A stretch of 64,000 bases of DNA from positions 29,350,540-29,414,539 of the forward strand of contig CM119265.1 of the NCBI GenBank assembly GCA_051294375.1. The letters run 5' to 3'. The notes under the pieces were generated by a model. The model did no database searches. It was not told the origin of the DNA and saw nothing but the letters and a program-made list of their open reading frames with translations. Shown here piece by piece: positions 53,813 through 64,000 of this stretch (the first letter of the stretch is position 1; every line of letters starts with the position of its first letter). Source of the DNA: Paraspadella gotoi. Taxonomy: Eukaryota; Animalia; Chaetognatha. Position numbers and translations under genes: made by a program.

Positions 53813-55830
53813 AATGGATTCTTGAGTTAATCGATATCAGAGTCGCGTTGGTTTAAAAATTTGGTCATCGAGGTAAAAAAATAAAGGTTATCAGTCATGC
53901 ACTATAAAATAGGAAAAAAAGGGAAAATAAAATAATATAATTAACATATATTATTAAATTAAGTCCCATAGTAATGATTAGATTTAAAACGAAATATATA
54001 AATAATTTTGTTATTTCTCTCCCTCTCTCTCTCCCTCTCTCTCTCTCTCTCTTTCGATCTCTCTCGGGGTGCTCTCTGGATCTCCTCTTTAGATGGGACT
54101 TCTTGCATGTTTAATCGATATCAGAGTCGCGTTGGAGGGTTAAAACAATGTCGGTCATCGACGGTGAGAAATAATTAAACGGTTCTAGTTGGTTGGCGAA
54201 CTTCGGCCATGGCGATATCGCCAGGGCTTTTGGACGACGAGATGTCGGCCAGTCCTTCCCCACTCCCAACTCGTGCGACTGCATCCCTCGGCATGGATAT
54301 TTATTGTCTTAAAAAGCTAGCGTAATGAAATAAAATGACACAGCGACAGACTACCTATTCCGAGTGAAAAGAGAAAAATTGAGTGTGCGAACTCAGAAGC
54401 CAATCACACTACAGAGGGCTGCATACCGACCGGTATGACCCACCGCGAAGAACCCCCACACCTAACCCTAAACCAAACCGTCACCGTTCAACTCTGTTGC
54501 CTCTCCCTACCCCTAACCCAGCCCTGGGCCTCCCGTACATCTCCATTGCCTCGACTCCTAACCTAACCGCCTTTGATGCATAAAACCACAGGCCCCCTCC
54601 CCAACCCTAACGACCTAACCAAGCCTTCCGTTAACTCTGTGCCCTCCCCACACCTAACCGGCTCAGACCTCCGTACGAATTCTCCGTCCTCAACCCTAAC
54701 CCTAACCGCCTTCCGATGCATCCAACCCGTGCCTCCCCAACCCAACCCTAACTAAGCCTCCGTTCAATCCAGTTGGCCGGTCTCCCCATAACCTAACCCA
54801 GGCCCAGCCTCCCGTTACATACTCCGTTGCCCTCAAACCCTAACCCTAACCCGCCTATCGATGCATCAAACATGGGTCCCTCCCGCAACCCTTAACCCTA
54901 AACCAAGGCCTCCCGTTTCGAGACTCCATGTGGCCTCCTCTCCCCTACCCTAAACCAGGGCCGGGCCTCCCTGTCAACATCTCCGTACCTGCAACCCTAA
55001 CACTATCCTTCGATATATAACCACGGGCCTCCTCGTCCCCACCCTAACCCTAAAACCGGCCAGGCTCCCGTTACATCTCCGTACCTCAACCGCTAACCCT
55101 AATTGCCTTCGATATATAAACCGCACGGGTCCTCTCTCCAACCCTAACCCTTAACCGGGCCCAAGGCGCTTCCGTAAATCTCCGTGCCTCAACCTACCCT
55201 AACGCGGGCTCTGGATCATACAACAACCCTCCCTTACCCCCTATCCCTAAAATTGACATTAATAATAAGCTTTTAAAATAAACTTTAACTTAACTCATAC
55301 CCTAAACCCCTAAACTACTGGTCAACCTAACACATACACCTAACGCCTGACATACCTACTCAACGCTAACCCTACCACTCACCTAACCTAAACCAACTAA
55401 CAACCCTAACCAATCTGAGTTTATTTTAGTCGAAAAATTGCCATAAATAGAACGCTCAGATGGTATTCACGAAACTAACGCCAAATGCGAGCTCAGATGG
55501 CCCTCAGCCGATTTGGCGATTTTTTCGCCTGGACTGACATCTACAGGATTCTATGCTTTAAATTATGGCGAAAACTTATTGTCCTCAAAATAAACAACCT
55601 CAGATTAAGGTTTAAGGCTAGGGGTTGACTGTTTGGAAGAGATTGGTTGGGTGAGTAGGTTAGTAGTTAGGTGATATAGTTGATAGGGGATTGAGTGTTG
55701 GAGTTAGGTTGATAGTTTAGGGTTAGGTAGGGTTGAGTTAGTTAAGTTTTATTTTAAGCTTATTATTTAATGTCAATTTTAGCGGATAGGTTTAGGGAGG
55801 TGCTGTGTGAATGACCAAGGAGCGCCCGCG
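53030..55830 (-). other. inverted duplicate of ~49200-52320 near the 25-N gap 52440-52464 (probable gap-fill artefact), including an uninterrupted foldback arm 54185-55500
   Basis: 53030-54020 is the reverse complement of 51290-52320; 54085-54300 is the reverse complement of 51050-51240; the gap flanks 52326-52439 and 52466-52592 are also directly duplicated. Confidence 0.8.
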
Positions 55831-57610
55831 TTTGTCCTCTTAGGCGGTCTGGTAAGTCGCTGGTACAATACTGGTGCGCACGGATGAGTATATGATTTGG
55901 TATACGGAATCAAACGGGTAACAAAAGGGGGAAAAGTTAGGAGTCGCCCGGCCTAGGGGGGCTGGCCGGGTCAAAGCTGAGGACGGGAATAAGGGATTTT
56001 CGAAAATAGGTCACATGTCCATTCACGGACTGACTCTCTCAAAAAGCGCTGTACAGGGAACGGGCAAACCCCCTTTCCATTTCGTGAAGGTGTTCGAATG
56101 AATTTTTTTTTTAAGAATTGATTTTGGCAGATGGTCAGCGGGACAAAAGGTCTGATCTCCAGATTTGAGGGTCAAGACCAATGGTTTACTGAACATGGTC
56201 CAGACTGAACAGAGTTCTTCTTTCTAGATATTAACACAAGAGTTAATTATTTAGTACATTCGATAGACGATAGTGCATAAACAAGCCCGAACGAAAGCCG
56301 TTAAGAAGTTTGACGTAAATGATGACATGTATATCACAAGTGTTAAATGACAAAACGCAAAAATAAACAGATTAAACTGCAATTATTTCGTAACAGTCAC
56401 ATTAAGCGATTAAAAAAATGTAACGGATCCCCCCGTAGTAGCACATTTTGCGATCGGAGCGGAAAAATCAAGGAAATAAAATTCGAAAAAAAAAAGGAAA
56501 TAAATACATCAATGTAGACTCACTTGTCATTCGAACAAATATTTAACAAAATGAAGATTCGAGGGGGGAAATCAAAGGTTGTTTAATATTCTAAGGTGTT
56601 AATACTTTCTAATCAATCGAATTTGCGTATGAAATAATCCGGATACGGAAAGATAAATAAATATATACTTTTCCGAAAATAAATATCTAATTTTAGCCTT
56701 ATTTTTCTCAAAAGGGGCCCGGTTTCGCCTCAATTAAAAAACATTTGAAAATCTTAAAGTACATTTTTTTGTTAAAAAATAAAAAATTTAACGAGTATAA
56801 TGGATAAGAGTTAATATCTAAAGGGTAGGTCGATTTAGTGAGCGTCAGAAGATTAGGCATTAGAGAATAGAGATTAACAAACTTAAAAACATATTTAAAT
56901 TTTAAGTATATACAGCATTACAAATTCAAACTTTCAGCAGATAAGGGAAAAGAAGTGGGGTGCTGTAAGAAAAGACGAGCCAAATTATACTTAAAGGCTG
57001 GAATCGTTGAGTATGCCTCTTTTTGAAAGGTGAGAAAACTCGGACCACAGAAGTATCCAGAGGACTTTGATAAAAAATATTCTCGTCCGATTTTCAAATT
57101 TCAACCAAAATTAGTCTAGGACTCAAGGCTAAAAATTGAGCAAAAGAAGTAGATGTTATTCTGAGTCCGCCGAGGCGCTCGCTCTCTCTCCTTCTCGTCT
57201 CGTCTCGGCTGGGGGGTCCTCCAGAAAAGAGGAGGAGAGAGAGAGAGCGGAGAGAGAGAGACAGCGAGAGAGAGAGAGAGGAGGCTGTAGGAGGAGAGTG
57301 TGAAATTTGCCATTCCAGGTGTTGGCTGTGTCAATACTGGCGGAAGTCGTCGAAGGGAGAACTGGAAGCGAGCAGCTGTTTCGTATGGAGAGAGGACCGA
57401 CAGAGGAGTGTGTGTTGAGACGAAGATGGGGTCTAATAGATTGATCGGAAGAGAGGCGAGCAGAGGGGCGGGAGAACTTAGCAGAAAGGGAGAATCCCGT
57501 TTGAAAACACAACTTAAAAATCTTTTCCATTGAGGGATTAAAAAAATGTTAAAAAGCAGAAGAATCAGAAGAGATATAGAAAACAATGAATACCTCTTTT
57601 TCGTAATTAC

Positions 57611-57746
57611 CGTTTGTGAAAATAATGAATAAATATGAAATAATCCCAGCAAAGGTAGTCGTAAGCGGAAACAACCAGAGTCAAGTAAGTGTCTTTTTCG
57701 GCGGCCGAGCATCAAAGGATCAGGAAATCCCTCACTGATTTCGTCC
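57611..57746 (-). CDS. possible transmembrane-segment exon (needs 2-3 indel corrections): ...DTYLTLVVSATTTFAGIIFIFIHYFHKR
   Basis: Minus-strand acceptor ctttctttttctgtctcag and donor cg|gtaatt; hydrophobic run followed by a basic stop-transfer motif; lies in noisy sequence. Confidence 0.35.
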
Positions 57747-58559
57747 CTGAGACAGAAAAAAGAAAGGAAAGAAGAAAAGTGTTAAAAGGACATAAGAGAC
57801 GGACGGAGAGAGCGTAAACACCTGACCCCCAATTAAGTTTGGGCGAGAAACACAAAGGTTGACAGCTCGCGCGAACTGCAACAACCGGTCATTCTAGCGC
57901 TTCTTCGACCCTTGGGTTTAGAGACGGTTAGCGCAATAAATAATAATGTATCAATAAGGTGAAATGAATATAGAGCTATAAGAATAATAATAATAAATAC
58001 TCCATAAAATAATACTTAATAAGAATAAAACCAAAGCGCCAAGGGTATGTTGAAAGCTCCACATGTGCAACCGAATTAAATAACTGAGAATTAACATGGT
58101 TCTTGTGATGAAACTTAGAACGGCCAACAACATTTCGGAAAACGACCTCATCTAAGGACATTACTCGCTCTGTACAGTGAGTCGAGAGCATATGCAAATA
58201 AGTAACCCGCCTATAAGCATTAGGGCGGTCTTCATAGTGCAGTACATATAATTTCTTCCCTAAATATGTTATCTTCGTGATTGCATGTTTTAGCCTAATG
58301 TCGTTTTTTGATTTCACAATACTATCAGAGAATGAAAAAAAAAAGAATATTCAGCATCCGCTGCAGGAATTTACAATTTTTATAAAGAATCTTCACACTG
58401 TGCGAATCTGTAGATAGGTGAAAATTGGTCACGTGACCATCGTATTTTAGTTTTGTTTATTTTTACTTAATAATCAAGTTGTTTCTCGGTTAAGCAATGA
58501 CAAATTTTTACGTATTTTAAAAGATTAATAAATTTATGAACTTCATATATTGTACTACT

Positions 58560-58762
58560 TGTGTCGGCATTGCCTAGGTTCAAACCCCACGCGCTATAAG
58601 CATGACACTGTTCACGTTGTGCCCGGTGCTCAATTGAGTAAAGCTGTCAGCTCATCGACCACTAGGCTACTGGGTTCCCCAATCCAAGCCGGGTTTGGGC
58701 GTGAAAACCCTCAAGCCTGGTTCCCAACCCTAGACCAGTCCTATGGCTGTTAGAGGGGGTTA
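58560..58762 (+). mobile_element. tRNA-derived SINE-like element, internally shortened copy
   Basis: attgcctaggttca...ctataagca...gttgtgcccggtgctcaattgagtaaagc...gggttc is the reverse complement of 15369-15455; the 3' part matches 38200-38275. Confidence 0.6.
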
Positions 58763-59329
58763 CTAGAATTCACGGTAGTCATCTATCACTTACGGCCATA
58801 CATCTTCAAATCCGCTACAGTTTTACGTTCTTTCCATTGCCTTGGTCTAAAAATTGTACTTTTTTCTAGGAAAGGTTATTCTTAATCACTACTTCCGGTA
58901 TTTTTCCCTTACTTCCGGTTATTTTTTACGCCTTACATTCCAGGTTGAACAGATGCCCTGTTTTTAAAAAAATGATTTGATTAAATAAGTTTACATTCAG
59001 AGTTTTGAATTATGTAAGCAAACTTATTTCAATAAATCTAATTAACCAATTAGGGCGAAAAATCATATTTTTTTCTTGCAGAAAAAAACATTTTACAAAC
59101 ACCGGAAGGAAATTGCAGACTAATTGCATTTTTGACCGCCGCTGTTCATTGGGTTGCATCACGCCTGTGTTACTCATTTCTTTTCTGAATCAGAGATTTG
59201 AAGTATAAAAACTCTATGTGAAATTGAAACTAATGCGAGAAACTCGAACCGAGTGACGCTATATGGAGAGGGTCCGAAATCTTTTTATTATAAGGGTGTT
59301 TAAGACTGTTTATCTTATCCTATACGCGC

Positions 59330-60600
59330 AAGACCCCTAAAGTTAAGTGTGAACGATTTCTTGTCGAGGATATTAGCGTATATTCGACACTGTATCCAAG
59401 ATAGCGATGATACTACAACACACCGATTGTTTTTGTAGAGGAGTGGTGGTCTACGGTGAGGTCCCATAAACTGCCAAAGATAATCAGCACCGTGTACCAA
59501 ACACGCCGACCGCGCGATTACTTTCACACCTCAGAAGTGTGATGGTGCCGAGGGCGCGCCACATTGGTGCAGCCCAGATCTGAACGAGAGACCGCGTTCC
59601 CAGGACCACTCGAGCAGACGCTCGCTGCCGTCCCCTCAGTTGGTTTGCGTCGCACTAGAATGAGCCAGAAACTTCTGGAGGCGACCCGTTAGCGTTCTGT
59701 TCAAGGACAGGGCGTGAAAGGCAGCAGATATAGGCGCTCAAACGCCTCCCAGCAAACCCCGTCAACCAATGGTGGGCTCCCGGTTCCACCTAACGCTCGC
59801 CTAAACAAAAGTGCGTTTGCTCGTGCTCGCACAAGTCGTCAGGGTTTAGGCGGCACGGCTCGCCGCCGCCTTCTGTTCGGCCTGCCATGACGAACGACGC
59901 CTTTGACGACGGCGCTGCGACCGGTGCTACACTTCTAGAGAGTAGGAAAAGAGGAACACGAGTGCAGAAATAAAATCAATCGGAAGAAATACCGATAAGA
60001 ATAAAGACTATATATAGCCAAAGAGAACTCGGGAGAACCTCCGGGTGTTTATATGAGTTACCATTAATTAGAGGCTATGAGATCTAGACAGAGTTAAGTG
60101 TAATGTCGAGGTCCGACTGTGCGCCCTCGCCGTCGTACTAAACTGCACTCACAATTAGAAAGAATTAATTAATTAACTAACATTCAGGAACCTCTAAATA
60201 CATAGGTCTCTTGGCGACCACGCGATGTGACACGCCGCCTCTCGTTATTATAGTCGATATCGTACCTGTGCGTGAACTAGTATCTTCCGTTAGATAATAC
60301 GATCCAACCTGTTCTCACATTTGGTAGTAACTCCCACGTGCGAGTAGAGGAGCTACAGATACTCCTAACATCTCCGAGACCCTCCCATAGTACCGATTCG
60401 GTCCTCATCTAATTCCAGGAACGACATAATGCAACTCACCATCCCAAATACCAATAGAGTGAGTCTCAGATCTCTCAATTAGTTACATATATTGGGATAA
60501 TTCACATCAACATTAATCGGCAACTGCATAAGTAATGTTGAACAATCAGTATTAAAACATTCAATAATAAAGATGATTAATATTTATTTACGAGAGAATG
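59330..60600 (-). other. third, very noisy reverse copy of ~36000-36780 (IgSF exon 36489-36772 and its upstream intron)
   Basis: 59860-60005 matches 36430-36545 inverted; 60405-60485 matches 36120-36186 inverted. Insertion-dominated errors. Confidence 0.7.
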
Positions 60601-60949
60601 TGAACGTCTTCATAGCGGAACGTTACGGCCAAGGTATAATATTATTCACTGAGCAGGAGCTACGTTAACCATGGAATAATTTTTTCTATCTGAGTTTTCA
60701 GTCTCGTAAAAATCGGCCGTACTACTTGTCCCATAAGGACCCTAGACTTTACCACACATGAACCACCTCCCTCACGGATGCCTTTATGCTCGTATCGGTG
60801 GTTTCCTCCTCCGACTCTCTGCCGATACGTGCTCTCATGCCATTTTCATCATTCTCAATCCATATGCTCCGATTCACCGCCTGTTTCACAAGCACAGTCG
60901 TCCATCGCGCACTCGTCATCCGCCTTCCCCGGGTTCCTCAAATACAATT

Positions 60950-61410
60950 TCATTGATCAGGAATGGACAATGTCTTTTTAAAGCTCCTGACACTGTACCC
61001 CAGCTTATCAACGCCAACTTTCTAGATAAAGGAACCCACAGCATGGAGTAAAATCAACCATACCAACTTTGGGAAGCCGCCTTGGATCAAGCAAGAAGCA
61101 AGATGCTTGCCGGCCAGAAAAAACTTGCAGTTGCAAAAGCAGAGCTGGGAGAAGCTGGTCTCGCTCGGCATGGCCAAAAGAGCAAAAAGCTCATGGTCGT
61201 CCTCCACTCTGTGCGTGGCCGAAAAGCTGATGGAGGATGGAGATTCTGCGAAGATTTCCGCAGACTCAACTCCAAAATAAAAGACGATTAAATCCCACGT
61301 CAAGTTACTAGCAGATTTCAACGCCGAAGCTAGCGGAAAAAGAATTTCTCCAGATTTGACCTACTCCAAAGGTTTACCATCAAAATCCCAGTAGCGGATG
61401 AAGATTAGAG
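60950..61410 (+). mobile_element. Ty3/Gypsy pol fragment (linker and N-terminal reverse transcriptase), frameshifted
   Basis: Across frames: YPQL.N.NF..., RR..P.KLAVAKAEL.KLVSLG...SSWSS, KADGGWRFCEDFRRLN, DL.KG.HQIPVADED. These are canonical Gypsy RT motifs; the fragment ends before the YxDD motif. Confidence 0.9.
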
Positions 61411-62075
61411 CGCTTTGAAAATAACAAGAAATATAACAAATCAAGTGAAAGAGACAGTAATTATATTGATAAGTGTTGTAATGACAGAATCCCATTCAAT
61501 ATAGAGCAGGTCTGAGCTTGGCATCAGGCCTGTAACATACCGAGTTACAGGCGGGGTGAAGGCCGCGCCCGTCATCTCTAAACCTGCTATGGGCGACCAG
61601 CCGGGCGAGAACCGCCTGGACCTTTTGGGTTGGGAGCGGCGAAATGACTTGCCCTCTCGGCGCCAATCGGGCGCTGATGAACGGTTGGTGGATTTTAGTC
61701 CACCATTATTCCCCCCCCTTCCCGTAGGGAGAAAAAAGTCTGTTGCATCTCTTCAATGAGAATTGTTCGTTGTTGGTCGGAAAGTTTGTCACCAAGTATG
61801 AGGCATGTCGCCTGATGTGTCTGTGGGCGGAAAGTGCATCGCCAGGTTGAGGCATGTGCCTGAAAGTGTTGTTGTCTGCTGTTCGTGTGTTGGAAGTCGG
61901 GCTCACCTAATGCAAGAGACAGCTAATTATTGAATAAGTGTTCATGACAGAACCGTTTCAATATAAGCAGTCCCTGAGCTTCGGGATCAGGCTGTAACAC
62001 CGAGTTACAGGCAGGATTAAGCGCCCCCGTCCCTCTAACTGCAAGGCGGGACCCACCGGGGCTAGAATGTTTACA
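61410..62075 (-). mobile_element. TRIM-like unit: repeat - PBS-like - short internal region - PPT - repeat
   Basis: ~165-bp direct repeats at 61449-61615 and 61913-62068. Minus strand has TGGTGACA at 61794-61787 and purine tract gggaaggggggggaa at 61723-61709, and starts TGTAAAC at 62075. Confidence 0.55.
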
Positions 62076-64000
62076 ATAAATATTATTTTATTGAGTTCAT
62101 TACTTGTTAGAAAATATTTGTTAAGGTTTAATATTATTTATGCTGTTTGGGATGGGGATGCGCCAGTGTTGTCCTCCAGAAATAGAGGGTGCATCTCATC
62201 ATAATTAAGATAATACTGTTATATTGTATGATTTTTTTTAATCATTTTGATGCTTCATTTTATTTTATTTATTTATTTATATATATATCTTTTTTTAAAA
62301 CATATTGACCAAGATCTTGAATTGGTGTTTCAGATTTTGGTTTTTTTGAGTCTTTTAGTAGAAAGGTTTGTCCTTGGATTTCCAGAGGTACCTGAGTCTT
62401 ATCCCATGTAATGCCTCTTTAATGGTTTTCTTTTAGATGGGGTACGCATGGAAGGACTTGAGTTTGTAAAACTAAGGTGTTCTTCTCCAGACCTGCCTGG
62501 CCATGGCATAACTTCCATCTCTGAAGAAGCGAGTGAGAAAAGTGCTCAGACGTTCTCTGACAGCGAAATGGGAGGAAGAATCTGCTTGTTCTTCCTTTTC
62601 TCTTTGTCTGGCTTGTTCTTGTTTTTCTTCTTCCAAAAATGTTTTTGGAAGTAACACGAGAGCACATACCATTATTGAAGAGTATTGATGCCCAGACAGC
62701 AACATAAACAGTGATGGGTTTGATTTAACAGTGGTAACCGTTAAATAAATAAATGATCGGTAATTTTTGGGATAAGTACAATGAAGATTAAGAATCCATT
62801 ATTGTAAGAAACCATGTCAAGTCGGGCATCAATCGGCAGAATCGGGTTTTACTCGGTAGAAGGTCCCGCGAACGCATCATCCGATCGGTCCAGTCATCTC
62901 AAGTCGTTGGTAATTAAAGTAGCTAAAAGTCAGTTTATGGTCATCACACAGCGTCTCCGAATCGCGTTTCCATCACTCAGAGTACTCGTTTCCGCTATAT
63001 CATCAGTTCCTGCCCAACTCAAGCACTCTCGACACGCATGCACACAAATCAGATTCCGAGTGATAACAAGCAGTGTTTGTTCATCATAGAGAATTTAGCA
63101 TTGTTATTTATTCTGGTAACTTCATTATGATAAAGTTTTCTATGTAGTTACCAATCATGAGTTAATACGGCTTTGGCATGTTTGTCATTTGAACGTTAGT
63201 ATTCAACAATGTGCCATTCTCCCGTCGCCAAGTGGCGCATCACCAGACCAAACAAAACAGCAAATCGTTCCTGCAGAGATCCCTTTGTCAAACTCGTGAA
63301 TGTTCTGCAGATAGTAATTCACAAATCGCTCATCTCAATGCTCACGGCCGTTCAGCTCGTTATCCAGTAGATTTTAAAGTAAAATTTAGACGTTTTTCTA
63401 GTTTTGCCAGGCAATTTCCCCCTTCGTGGAATCATCGGCGTTTTGGTAGAATTGACCCAGAAAGTCAGAAATAACTGGTGGCTTTTGCATCCAATGAAAT
63501 AAGGAAGCTGTCCGTTCCAGCACTCCAATGCCGTGACCATGGAACACGACCCGTCGAAACGACCAGTCTCCAGGCAAATGTCGCGACCTGCCCATGCAAG
63601 ACCTTGGCAAGCGACGGCCCAAATGCAAGTAGATGGTGGCTGTGAATCGAGGGGAGATATTTTCTAAACTACAAATAACTCACTGTTAAAATTTATTGCT
63701 ACACATAATATCCACTAAACAACAAGAGATTGGCGCTGACGTGGTCACAAGTCGGATAAAATAGTTTTGCTTCTGTAAAGTCATGATAGCAAACAATTTT
63801 TGCGACAACGACCGGACGAGCGACAACGACAAATGAAAAAAACAAAAATGAAGAATAAAGCAAGATAACAGATCCCTGTTCCTTACGACCTGCGCCCACG
63901 GACTTTATTCCCGTTAGATTTCCCTTTTGTTCGTGTTTATCCGCGATGGTAAGTGACTGCCAACTTGGTTAGAAATATTTTTTAAGTGAAAGGTCAACCC

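Overview
This is eukaryotic (animal-like) draft-genome sequence, not prokaryotic: AT-rich, dense in (AG/CT)n microsatellites and minisatellites, with many N gaps. Nearly all ORFs in the supplied track are artefacts of low-complexity DNA. Splice sites and reading frames read by hand support a + strand multi-exon immunoglobulin-superfamily gene across about 7-37 kb (exons 7095-7237, 16047-16190, 18440-18635, 28175-28335, 31752-31884 and 36489-36772; motifs DHGQRVSC...LDVRFGP, VTCDVHANP, VTCDILSYP). A possible transmembrane exon lies on the minus strand at 57.6-57.7 kb. Five gaps are exactly 25 N, and three of them are flanked by indel-ridden reverse-complement copies of neighbouring sequence. 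This most likely reflects long-read gap filling, so much of about 8.9-12.5 kb and 35-64 kb is unreliable. Mobile DNA includes a palindromic MITE family, a tRNA-derived SINE-like family, a frameshifted Ty3/Gypsy RT fragment, a TRIM-like repeat-PBS-PPT-repeat unit and a CCA-tailed tRNA-Leu 3' half. The most unusual element is a foldback-like palindrome whose arms are a ~140-bp satellite built around (TTAGGG)2 blocks, with an apparent 3-bp TSD and an empty-site copy in the same window.
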